DNA from: a virus
Taxonomy: Duplodnaviria > Caudoviricetes
Strand: one strand, 5' to 3'
DNA: 62,174 nucleotides
Virus record (IMG/VR): IMGVR_UViG_3300026512_000013
Span: 1-62,174 of that record
Positions within the stretch are counted from its first letter, which is position 1, and every line of letters begins with the position of its first letter. A model generated the notes under the pieces. That model did no database searches and had not been told where the DNA came from. It worked only from the letters and a program-made list of their open reading frames with translations. Positions 1 to 8,472 of the stretch are shown here, in pieces. The position numbers and the translations under genes were made by a program.

Positions 1-11
1 TTTTCTCATTC

Positions 12-25
12 TGAACGTATGTTCT
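12..25. promoter_or_regulatory. LexA (Gram-positive SOS) box-like site
   Basis: tGAACgtatGTTCt matches GAAC-N4-GTTC. Confidence 0.4.
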
Positions 26-39
26 ATAATTATAAAATT

Positions 40-150
40 TTAACATTCTATTAAAAATCAATTCTAAGCAACTTTATTATATAGTAATATCAAAATATCA
101 GTATATTATATAAATAGCTTAAAACTCAAATTTAAGCGTTATAATGATAT
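40..150. repeat. ~110-bp quasi-palindromic periodic element, degenerate copy
   Basis: shares gcttaaaactcaaattt..gcgtta with the copy at 252-368. Confidence 0.5.
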
Positions 151-251
151 TTTAATAATATTCTACTATTGATATTTTAAGCTATTAATATCAATTTAAT
201 ATCTATCTAATATCTATCAATCAATTAAATATCAATACATTATAATTGCTA

Positions 252-368
252 TAATAGCGTTTTAACGCCCAAATTTGAGTATATAGCGACTTTTAGCGTT
301 AACTTGATATTATATTCATGTTAGCATTAAAGTTGCTTAAAACTCAAATTTGGGCGTTAAAATTATAT
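252..368. repeat. ~110-bp quasi-palindromic periodic element
   Basis: perfect outer arms ttaacgcccaaatttgagt / actcaaatttgggcgttaa plus imperfect inner arms. Confidence 0.7.
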
Positions 369-382
369 TTTTATTTATTGCA

Positions 383-417
383 ATAAAAAAGCAAGTTAAT
401 TATATTATTAACTCGCT
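383..417 (-). terminator. probable intrinsic terminator
   Basis: imperfect stem agttaat/attaact followed by a T-run on the minus strand, just after ORF 443..988. Confidence 0.55.
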
Positions 418-442
418 CAAGTTGTTGATATTACTTATTTTA

Positions 443-988
443 TTAACAAGTTTCAATACTTAACAACCCGTCAACGTAATACTCCCCACCATTCACAGAA
501 AATAGTTCTTCTATTTCATCGTCTGTTATTTCATCAGTTTGTAATTGTTCAGGTGTATATATACAAAATTCAAATTTATTATCTTGTATATACTCATCTA
601 TTACTTCAATTTCGTCTAATTGATATGGATTTGGTATTATAATAGTTTCTGTGTATATTGTACCAGTGCTAAACGTTGCAATTACAAAATCCATTTCTAT
701 AAATTCATTGTAAACTACCTCATTTATTAAATTTTCATAAATTGCAAATCCTTGCACATCATCAACGATACACAATTTTAATTCATTTTGTAAAAAATCG
801 TTAATATCGCTATAGCTTATAAGTAAACAACCACCACTAACCATGCCATATTGATAATCATTTTTAATAGCTTCTATTGTATCGATTTTATCCTGAACAG
901 TTTCGCCAAAATCATACATTTCTAAAACATGATTTCTTACTACTTCAACCTGATTGTCTGTTAATTCCACGTTAATTTTTAAATTCAT
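443..988 (-). CDS. acidic hypothetical early protein
   Basis: 181-aa ORF, RBS AAGGATGGT, D/E-rich. Confidence 0.85.
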   Translation of the reverse strand: MNLKINVELTDNQVEVVRNHVLEMYDFGETVQDKIDTIEAIKNDYQYGMVSGGCLLISYSDINDFLQNELKLCIVDDVQGFAIYENLINEVVYNEFIEMDFVIATFSTGTIYTETIIIPNPYQLDEIEVIDEYIQDNKFEFCIYTPEQLQTDEITDDEIEELFSVNGGEYYVDGLLSIETC

Positions 989-1090
989 TTTATACCATCC
1001 TTTTTTTTATATATATTATACATTATTGTATAATAACATGAATATTTTTTTATTCTATGTATCGGGTAAAATACCCGTTTGTTACTTATG

Positions 1091-1399
1091 TTAAAATTCA
1101 ATTTCTTCTTCAAGTTCTTCAAGTTCTTCAAGTTTATAATAATAATCATTTAATAATTCTTCAATTTCTTCAAGATAATATTCTATAATACGATATTCTT
1201 TATAATAATCTATATAATCATTTTTTACACTTTTTAATTCTTCTCTAAAAAAAATTTCGCTCATTTCTTCAAGTTGACTAATTACATCGTTTATTTCGTT
1301 TTCATATTGAGAATTGATATCAAATTCATTTTTAAAATCTTCAAGTTCTTCAATTTCATTGACAAATTTTTCTTCAAATGTTAAATTATTATTTTTCAT
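1091..1399 (-). CDS. extremely acidic small protein (DNA-mimic / anti-defence candidate)
   Basis: 102 aa, about one third D/E, RBS AAGGGTGGT. Confidence 0.8.
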   Translation of the reverse strand: MKNNNLTFEEKFVNEIEELEDFKNEFDINSQYENEINDVISQLEEMSEIFFREELKSVKNDYIDYYKEYRIIEYYLEEIEELLNDYYYKLEELEELEEEIEF

Positions 1400-1482
1400 T
1401 TTATACCACCCTTTTTTATAATTTAGTATTACATTGTTGTAATACTTATGTATACCACTTATAAAGTGGTTTGTTACTTATG

Positions 1483-1647
1483 TTATATATTTAATAATAT
1501 ATCTAATTTTGAAGTATCGTAATACTGATAACATTCAGTAAAATTATTGTATTCATTTTCTTTAATATCGTTTGATACGTTACTATTAAATACATTGATT
1601 AAATTTTCTAATGCTTGCTCAAATGTTGCGTTTGTTGTTTTTTTCAT
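1483..1647 (-). CDS. small hypothetical early protein (54 aa, MKKTTNATFEQ...LLNI), not in ORF track
   Basis: hand-translated ORF, RBS AAGGATGGT, same leader module as its neighbours. Confidence 0.7.
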   Translation of the reverse strand: MKKTTNATFEQALENLINVFNSNVSNDIKENEYNNFTECYQYYDTSKLDILLNI

Positions 1648-1749
1648 TGTTTTACCATCCTTTTATATTGATATTAACATTGTTATTAATATCTATGTAT
1701 ACACGCTTTAAAGCGTGTTATTTGTTGCGTTTGTTCTATGTTTGATGGT

Positions 1750-1980
1750 TTTCTTATTCAATTTTCAAGGTTCAATTTAAAATTTAATATTTGATAAATC
1801 CTCTGTATTCTATCTATTTTCCCGGTACTTACTAACTAGAGTAAGTATGCTATTTTATCTTATAGATTTATAAGAACCGTTTTAGCGTTACCTGGTATAA
1901 CGTGTGTATAGTTTCAATTTATCAATTATTAAATTTTCAAAGTACAGTATTAAATTTGTTAGGAACGCCACCTCCTAACA
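1750..1980 (-). ncRNA. structured leader/ncRNA with two boxA-like antitermination motifs
   Basis: TGTACTTTGAAAATTTAATA (1927-1946) and TGAACCTTGAAAATTGAATA (1755-1774) flank several hairpins; TTGACG promoter upstream at ~2015. Confidence 0.45.
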
Positions 1981-2001
1981 CTCATAATACTAAACCTCAT
2001 T

Positions 2002-2212
2002 TAAACGTTCGTCAAGTATTTTTTATTATTTTTTTAATTTATTTTAAAAAACTACTAACAAATCTAGCTATATCAACATATTTTTTTTATTTTTATTTTC
2101 AATTTTTTTATTTTTAATTTTCTTCAATTTCTCAATAAATTAAAAACGTTCGTGTTTTAAGGGTAAAATACCTTAAAATTAGATAAAATAAAATTAAACG
2201 TTCGTGTTTTTT
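2002..2212. repeat. three copies of AAACGTTCGT, putative operator
   Basis: copies at ~2003, ~2145 and ~2196; the first overlaps the -35 of the leftward promoter. Confidence 0.55.
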
Positions 2213-2216
2213 AGGG

Positions 2217-2749
2217 TGATAATAATTCTCATTTAAAAATGCCATTTTTAAATTAAAGTAAAAACTTAAAAATACTTTATTTAATAAAGTCAAAATTTTA
2301 AATACTTTATTTAATAAAGTCAAAATTCTATAATTTTATTAATTTTCAGCTATATTTTATGAGAATGATAATCATTATCATAAATTGATTTTAATCAAAA
2401 AAAGTTTCTTCCTTATATAGTAAAAAAAGCGTATTTTACTATATAATAACAAACGTTGATATTTCAACGTTATATCATGTTTTAATTTAATATGATTATA
2501 ATAGTATAAAATACCGTTATTTTACCATTTTTAATTATATTAATGATAATCATTCTCATTAATATAACTATATGATATTGATAATCATTCTCATTAACTT
2601 AAATGATAATAATTCTCATTGATAATAATTCTCATTTGCATATTATTATATTGTTTATACAATTTATATTGTTTATATAATTTCTAATTGATAATTATTC
2701 TCATTGATAATCATTCTCATTACTAAATTGATATTGATAATCATTCTCA
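2217..2749. promoter_or_regulatory. array of 9 Fur-box-like sites
   Basis: TGATAATnATT(C/A)TCA at 2217, 2366, 2544, 2579, 2604, 2620, 2689, 2705, 2735; 2361-2379 GAGAATGATAATCATTATC is 18/19 to the classical Fur box. Confidence 0.8.
2270..2327. repeat. tandem direct repeat (30-bp period) containing near-palindrome ACTTTATTTAATAAAGT
   Basis: aaatactttatttaataaagtcaaaatt occurs twice. Confidence 0.75.
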
Positions 2750-2758
2750 ATTAGAAAG

Positions 2759-3017
2759 TTATTAACATGTTATCAACAACTAAAAAAAGTTATCAACAAT
2801 TTATTGACTTATGCACAATTTTATTATATACTGTGCATAACTTAAAGAAATAAAAGTTATTAACAAGTTATTAACAATTTTATCAACAACTCAAAAAGTT
2901 TACAATAAACTTACAATTGAGTAAGCGTGACTTATTAACAATTTATGTTATAATGTTAATAACGTTATTCACAGTTTATCAACAACTTATTCACAGTTTA
3001 TCAACAGTTTATCAACA
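2759..3017. promoter_or_regulatory. array of ~15 DnaA-box-like 9-mers
   Basis: TTWTNCACA matches at 2809, 2832 (reverse), 2965, 2987; TTATCAACA/TTATTAACA variants elsewhere; five in tandem with 11-bp period at 2965-3017. Confidence 0.8.
2804..2832 (+). promoter_or_regulatory. plus-strand sigma-A promoter overlapped by DnaA boxes
   Basis: TTGACT-17bp-TATACT. Confidence 0.55.
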
Positions 3018-3018
3018 G

Positions 3019-3032
3019 AGAACAAATGTTCG
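3019..3032. promoter_or_regulatory. LexA box
   Basis: AGAACAAATGTTCG vs consensus CGAACRNRYGTTCG. Confidence 0.65.
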
Positions 3033-3085
3033 ATTTTAAGCGAAAATTCTAAATTTTTCAAACTAATGTTTGGTAAACAGAACAG

Positions 3086-3115
3086 TACAAATGTAAACTA
3101 AATTCTATAAATGTA
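3086..3115. promoter_or_regulatory. paired TACAnnTGTA-like boxes (CopY/BlaI/MecI family type)
   Basis: tacaaatgta at 3086 and tataaatgta at 3106; the same 20-bp spacing recurs at 9903/9923. Confidence 0.45.
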
Positions 3116-3185
3116 ATATATAATTTAATTTACAAAAATAAATTTTCAATTACAAAAGAAAATCAAAAAACATTTGAGATTTTTG

Positions 3186-3246
3186 AAATGTGCCGCTGAG
3201 GGACAATATACGTCCCATAGCACGAATTTTCAGATGTGCCGCCTAG
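3186..3246. repeat. GC-rich motif ATGT(G/C)CCGC(TG/CT)AG, two copies; third at 9949-9972
   Basis: aaatgtgccgctgag; cgaattttcagatgtgccgcctag; cgaattttcaaatgtcccgctgag. Confidence 0.7.
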
Positions 3247-3273
3247 ATTACAATGTTTAATTATTATTCTAAT

Positions 3274-3316
3274 TAAAAAAAGACTAATTAAAATTAATTA
3301 ATTAGTCTTTTTTTTA
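3274..3316. terminator. bidirectional intrinsic terminator
   Basis: aaaaaaagactaattaa...ttaattagtctttttttt. Confidence 0.7.
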
Positions 3317-4238
3317 CACCTCTATATTTATTATTTTCTTTTCTACTTAACCAACAACATGTATCTTTTGAATATATTCTTTTACTGTGAGGTAAATTAA
3401 ATTGTAATTTGTCTTTGTCCAAATCTAATTTATTATTTAATATTTTACTTTCATTGTACCCTTCTAATTTAATTATATCTAAAAGATAGTTGTCAAACCT
3501 AAACCAACTTTTATGAACAGTAATTCCCTTTGCACCATAGTTATGAAAATTTTTACTATTTTTATTATAACAACGTATTATCATACCATCCCATCTATCA
3601 TATAATGTATCTTTTAAACTTTGACTAATAGGGATATATTTACTATACCCTTGCGTTTTATTAAAACTAGTATATTTAAGATAATCAGTAAATTTATTAA
3701 GTATAATATCATGAAAATTACAATGCCAAATTGCATTGTTTTTGTGTCCTTTAACTATATAGCAATCCTTTAATCTACTTTTAGCAATTACAGTAACCTT
3801 TTGATTATCTGATTGATAAGTATATCCAACTTTTATATTATCATAATATTTATCTCTAATTTCACCAGTCCATACATGATGTTGTTGTTCTAATTGCTCA
3901 TTTCCACTATTAATAAATTTAATCAAATAATGTTTTCTATTATCATTTTTATTATATTTTATTATTAATCCACTACCTATTAACATAAATTTCCCATATT
4001 GATTAGTATTAAATATTTGTCCTAAATATGCATTTTTAGATATACTAACATCATATACACTTCCCATATTAACTTGTTTACTTCGTGCCCACTTTTTAAA
4101 ATTAGTATTTATAAATTCAATATTATACCCTTTTCTTTTATTTCTTATTTCAAAATTTAATACTTTATATTTACCACAATTATTACTTTCATATATATTA
4201 CCTATTTCAATGTTATACTTTTGATATGTTTCTTTCAT
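3294..4238 (-). CDS. putative HNH-type (His-Me finger) homing endonuclease with repeated N-terminal DNA-binding modules
   Basis: W..M..RCY, YGAKGITV..W..F, LDKD, YSKDTCCW motifs. Confidence 0.75.
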   Translation of the reverse strand: MKETYQKYNIEIGNIYESNNCGKYKVLNFEIRNKRKGYNIEFINTNFKKWARSKQVNMGSVYDVSISKNAYLGQIFNTNQYGKFMLIGSGLIIKYNKNDNRKHYLIKFINSGNEQLEQQHHVWTGEIRDKYYDNIKVGYTYQSDNQKVTVIAKSRLKDCYIVKGHKNNAIWHCNFHDIILNKFTDYLKYTSFNKTQGYSKYIPISQSLKDTLYDRWDGMIIRCYNKNSKNFHNYGAKGITVHKSWFRFDNYLLDIIKLEGYNESKILNNKLDLDKDKLQFNLPHSKRIYSKDTCCWLSRKENNKYRGVKKRLIN

Positions 4239-4346
4239 AATTTCCTTTCTTATTAATATCCTTCATATTAATATATTATTTATAAAAGTATAACATACTT
4301 CAATAAAATTGTCAAGGAGTTATTTTAAAATTTTATTATTCTAAAT

Positions 4347-4386
4347 AAAAAAAACTCATTACATTTATATTATGTAATGAGTTTTA
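4347..4386. terminator. intrinsic terminator
   Basis: aaaactcattacat/atgtaatgagtttt inverted repeat. Confidence 0.7.
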
Positions 4387-4413
4387 TTTTATTATTATTA
4401 CTATATTATTTAA

Positions 4414-4536
4414 CTATTTTCTACTTGTCAATTGTATACACCTAACCCCTATAAGTCCTACAGTAAACCATAAACCACTTATTAATAACATTCTAATTGG
4501 TAATACCATTATATCTAAAAACACCTTAAAATACAT
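4414..4536 (-). CDS. 40-aa hydrophobic peptide (MYFKVFLDIMVLPIRMLL...), not in ORF track
   Basis: RBS AAGGAAGGT, single TM-like stretch. Confidence 0.6.
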   Translation of the reverse strand: MYFKVFLDIMVLPIRMLLISGLWFTVGLIGVRCIQLTSRK

Positions 4537-4584
4537 TTTTAACACCTTCCTTTTGATTACTACTATAATTATTAATATACTATT

Positions 4585-4929
4585 TTATAACTCTTCATTA
4601 TAACTGTAACTATTTTCAATCTCTTCACATGTTAAATAATAATGTTCATTTTCTAATAAATCAGTTACTAATAAATTTAATAACTCATAATTTCCTTCAA
4701 CTTCTAAATAATTTTCATCCTCAACAACAACATGATAATAAGCATTAATTATATATTGTTCTGAAAAAATTAAATCTTTATCATTTAAAAATTCTTCTAA
4801 AGTATCCCAATAAACACCCTCATTATACATATCTAAATTACTTTGAGTTGTCCAGTTTCCACTACCTTTAAATGTTTCTTTTAATAAATCATATAATTCA
4901 CTATCAAATTCAATATTACCTTTTTTCAT
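4585..4929 (-). CDS. acidic hypothetical early protein
   Basis: 114 aa, own promoter and RBS AAGGATGGT. Confidence 0.85.
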   Translation of the reverse strand: MKKGNIEFDSELYDLLKETFKGSGNWTTQSNLDMYNEGVYWDTLEEFLNDKDLIFSEQYIINAYYHVVVEDENYLEVEGNYELLNLLVTDLLENEHYYLTCEEIENSYSYNEEL

Positions 4930-4958
4930 TTTATACCATCCTTTTGATTTAATTTCTC

Positions 4959-5011
4959 TTATGTATTTCCTTGACTTAATTATACTACAAGTAATATGTT
5001 AAGTCAAGGAA
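4959..5011 (-). promoter_or_regulatory. palindromic early sigma-A promoter
   Basis: TCCTTGACTTAA...TATAAT-TAAGTCAAGGA-AATACATA; TTGACT-17-TATAAT. Confidence 0.8.
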
Positions 5012-5060
5012 TTTTTACTATTTATTTTATTATTCTATGTTATTTTATTCTATGTTATTT

Positions 5061-5576
5061 CTATTGATAATTAATATCTTTTATTAATTCATTTGTTAAT
5101 TTATACTTTATTTCATTCCCAATGAAATCAAACCAATCATCAACATTTTCTAATACATCACAAAATTCTTCTGGTGTTAAATGTTTCATAATATAATCAG
5201 TATCAAACATTAATTTTAAAAACTCATATTCATCTACTATACGTATTAAAAACTCTTTGAGTGTGATTTTACGAGCAAATAAGTACTTAAAGAAATCAGT
5301 ATCATATAAATTTTTATTGTTTAATTTTATAACAGTTTCAGTATAAATTTTTAAATTTTTATAAGTTTCTTCAATGCAATAATTCATACATATTTGATTG
5401 AATTTCATTAATTCAGTAAATTGTTTAACTTTTAATTTGTCATTTTTTAATTTGTTATTTTCTAATTGTTTTAATTGTTTATTTTTCAATTTGTCACTTC
5501 CTTTTAATATTATTCTAATGTATCCCACTTGTTTAACTAACTTCATTATATCATAGTAGTATAATGAAGTTAACAT
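5061..5576 (-). CDS. hypothetical protein (true start probably TTG at 5489)
   Basis: RBS AAGGAAGTG upstream of TTG; annotated N-terminus overlaps a promoter-like sequence. Confidence 0.75.
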   Translation of the reverse strand: MLTSLYYYDIMKLVKQVGYIRIILKGSDKLKNKQLKQLENNKLKNDKLKVKQFTELMKFNQICMNYCIEETYKNLKIYTETVIKLNNKNLYDTDFFKYLFARKITLKEFLIRIVDEYEFLKLMFDTDYIMKHLTPEEFCDVLENVDDWFDFIGNEIKYKLTNELIKDINYQ

Positions 5577-5596
5577 TTATTTACTTATTTTTATTA

Positions 5597-5839
5597 TTAA
5601 AATTCATCTAACCATTCTAAAAATTCATTAATAGTATTATCTGTTATTACTAAAAAATTTGCATACCTTGAATCACTAAAACTACACCATAGTATATAAA
5701 TTCGATATATTGATATATATTCAATTGAATTATCAATATTTTGTAATTTTGATTTAATTTCATAAATACTGTTTATATACTCATCTGGGATAATTTCTTC
5801 TTTTTTTATTTTTTTAAATATCATTGCTGTTAATTTCAA
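5597..5839 (-). CDS. hypothetical protein
   Basis: 80 aa, RBS AAGGAAGTG, TTG start. Confidence 0.75.
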   Translation of the reverse strand: MKLTAMIFKKIKKEEIIPDEYINSIYEIKSKLQNIDNSIEYISIYRIYILWCSFSDSRYANFLVITDNTINEFLEWLDEF

Positions 5840-5944
5840 TTTGTCACTTCCTTTTTTAATTTTAGAGAATTACTTTTTAATTCTCTTTCCTCTATTTCTA
5901 AATATATTATACCACTATTAATATTATAAGTCAAACATTATTTA

Positions 5945-6199
5945 CTATTTAATTTTATATAAAAATTCATTAATTTTATTATTACTTATGATATATCTAT
6001 ATAAATTATTTTTAGTATATAAGTATTCATTATTTTTAAATTTTTTATATATACATTTTTCTAAAAATTCAACATCAACTTTTTTCCATCCTATTGTATA
6101 CCAATTATTTCTAATTTTAGCTTCTTGATATATTAAAATCTGTTTATTTTCTAATATGTAAGAATTTCTATCATTCAATAAATTACTATTGTTTTTCAT
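5945..6199 (-). CDS. hypothetical protein
   Basis: 84 aa, own promoter, RBS AAGGATGGT. Confidence 0.75.
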   Translation of the reverse strand: MKNNSNLLNDRNSYILENKQILIYQEAKIRNNWYTIGWKKVDVEFLEKCIYKKFKNNEYLYTKNNLYRYIISNNKINEFLYKIK

Positions 6200-6325
6200 T
6201 TTAATACCATCCTTTTATAATTTTACTGTATTTCCTTTGATACTCTTATTATACTATAAGTAATATAATAAGTCAAACATTATTTATAATATTTATTTTA
6301 TTATTTATTTTAATTAATTTTAAAT

Positions 6326-6630
6326 AAAAAAATGCTACTATATTAATATAGTAGCTAAGCAATTGTATATTATAGCAAAAAGGTTGGTACAAAACTATAA
6401 TATTTTATCGGTAATTAATTACATAAGATATTATTAAATATCATTAGAAATCAAGTATTATACACGCATATACACGCAAGTATAATATCTTATGTTATGA
6501 ATTTACACAGTATTAAATTGTAGTTGTGTATATACGCATTTATTAAATATTACTGTATTTCTAACATTTTTATGTTTAAGAAATACAGTAATAACAACAG
6601 TTTCTTCAAGTGTAAATTATAAATTTTAAG
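6326..6630 (-). ncRNA. candidate 3'-UTR-derived regulatory sRNA
   Basis: gene-free ~300 nt with several stems, a 9-bp stem presenting an anti-RBS loop (6367-6403) and a terminal terminator (6326-6356). Confidence 0.5.
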
Positions 6631-6634
6631 TAAA

Positions 6635-6904
6635 TTATATAAATTTTGTGTAGTCTGTAATATCACACACTATATCAGTTAAACTCATATCAAAATTTAT
6701 ACATATATCATTTAACTTTTTTAAATTTATTGAATAAATACCATTTTTATAATTATGATATGTTTGTTTACTCATGTTATTTAATTCATAAAATTCCTTT
6801 TGATACATACCTTTACCATTTCTAATTTTATCAATTTTTTTAAATATTTCTATTGTCTTAACACATATATTATTATTATTATTATTATTATTCATTTTCA
6901 TCAA
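6635..6904 (-). CDS. XRE/Cro-like helix-turn-helix regulator
   Basis: R..KGM.QKEF...MSKQTY..Y.NG..SINL..L..IC..FDMSL pattern. Confidence 0.75.
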   Translation of the reverse strand: MMKMNNNNNNNNICVKTIEIFKKIDKIRNGKGMYQKEFYELNNMSKQTYHNYKNGIYSINLKKLNDICINFDMSLTDIVCDITDYTKFI

Positions 6905-7070
6905 CTTCTTTTAAATTTTCAATCCCATAATATTCAATAAAAATAAGTAGTATTTCTAAATAGTTTTTATTTTTATAAAAATTTAATATCTCTTGAATAG
7001 TGTTAAATCCATTTTCTTTTATATTTTCAATATCTACATTAATACAATCTAATAACATTTTATTATTCAT
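6888..7070 (-). CDS. hypothetical protein
   Basis: 60 aa, RBS AAGGAAGGT, coupled to HTH gene. Confidence 0.7.
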   Translation of the reverse strand: MNNKMLLDCINVDIENIKENGFNTIQEILNFYKNKNYLEILLIFIEYYGIENLKEVDENE

Positions 7071-7091
7071 TTTAATACCTTCCTTTTATAG

Positions 7092-7366
<275 letters not shown>

Positions 7367-7402
7367 TTTAATACCTTCCTTTATATTGTTTAATAATTTC
7401 TC

Positions 7403-7455
7403 TTATGTATTTCCTTAACTTTATTATATCACTGTATAATATTAAAGTTAAGGAA
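7403..7455 (-). promoter_or_regulatory. palindromic early promoter
   Basis: TTCCTTAACTTTAA...TATAAT-AAAGTTAAGGAA-ATACATA. Confidence 0.7.
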
Positions 7456-7497
7456 TATTTATTATTTTATTCTATTACTTATTTTATGTTGTTTATT

Positions 7498-7980
7498 CTA
7501 TTGTTCACACAATAAACCAAAATCAGTCAACCAACTTCCACCATCCATTAATATATCTCTTCCAAAACTCTTATAATTAAAATATCTTTCAGTAGTTTCA
7601 CATAATTCTAAAAATTCTGCATAATATTCACCAACATCATACTCATCATCAATATCATATAATAAATAATAATTTCCAATATTTACCAACTCTTCAGAAC
7701 CATGTATTTCAATTATTGCTTTTACTAAATTTTCATCATCATCACATAATTCATAAATATCAAATAATTCATCAACATTATCATATTCATTAATTTCTAA
7801 ATTTAAATCATTTTCATAATCATGAATAGCAAACTCTTCATTACCATTTTTATTTAACATATTTTGAATTTCCTCTTCAACTTCTGAACTATCTGAGTAA
7901 TTATTAAAATCTAACCATTTCCCTACTAAATTCCCATTGTTATATTCTGCTAAATCTGCTACATAAATTTTAAAGTTCAT
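7498..7980 (-). CDS. ardA: antirestriction protein ArdA (DNA mimic, inhibits type I R-M)
   Basis: IYVADLAEYNNGNLVGKW, EEFAIHDYE, YFNY.SFGRD motifs; very acidic. Confidence 0.9.
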   Translation of the reverse strand: MNFKIYVADLAEYNNGNLVGKWLDFNNYSDSSEVEEEIQNMLNKNGNEEFAIHDYENDLNLEINEYDNVDELFDIYELCDDDENLVKAIIEIHGSEELVNIGNYYLLYDIDDEYDVGEYYAEFLELCETTERYFNYKSFGRDILMDGGSWLTDFGLLCEQ

Positions 7981-8017
7981 TCTAATACCATCCTTTTAAT
8001 TTTAATTTAATTTCCCT

Positions 8018-8070
8018 TATGTTTCTTCCTTGACTTAATTATACTATAGTATATTAATCAAGTCAAGGAT
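8018..8070 (-). promoter_or_regulatory. palindromic early promoter
   Basis: TCCTTGACTT...TAGTATAAT-TAAGTCAAGGA. Confidence 0.8.
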
Positions 8071-8091
8071 TATTTATTTTATTTTATAAAT

Positions 8092-8472
8092 TTATTTCCT
8101 TAATAATATTTTATAATCTTTTAATCCTATATCATATTTTATAGAATCTTTATCATCACTTTTTAATAAGCGTGTTATACGTTCAATTTTACAAAATAAT
8201 TCATGATATAATTGTTCTAACATTTCTTCATAATTTTCATTTCCAATATTTGAGTGAACACAAATTTCTTGTTTTTCACCATTTAAATAATAATATGAAA
8301 TACCATTTTTTTCTACTGTTAATTTATTTTTAATAAAAACTCTACTTAAAAAACTAATATATGTATTTTTCATATTATAATTTTTAAAGTCTGAGTTTTT
8401 ATTTATTCTTTTGTTACTATATCTAAAATATTCTTCTACCATTGATTTGTCTAATACTAATTTATTTTTCAT
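8092..8472 (-). CDS. hypothetical protein
   Basis: 126 aa, RBS AAGGTGGT. Confidence 0.8.
   Translation of the reverse strand: MKNKLVLDKSMVEEYFRYSNKRINKNSDFKNYNMKNTYISFLSRVFIKNKLTVEKNGISYYYLNGEKQEICVHSNIGNENYEEMLEQLYHELFCKIERITRLLKSDDKDSIKYDIGLKDYKILLRK

Noticed and set aside
1800-1910. tRNA or known self-cleaving ribozyme
   Set aside because: No T-loop/D-loop consensus, no hammerhead CUGAUGA core; pistol-like resemblance lacks the pseudoknot partner. Kept only as an unknown structured RNA
1902-2323. ORFs 1902..2117 (+) and 2132..2323 (-)
   Set aside because: No RBS, F/L/I-rich low-complexity translations arising from AT-rich repeats and regulatory DNA
2217-3017. Possible CRISPR array
   Set aside because: Repeats are 9-15 bp with irregular spacing and no unique constant-length spacers; no cas genes
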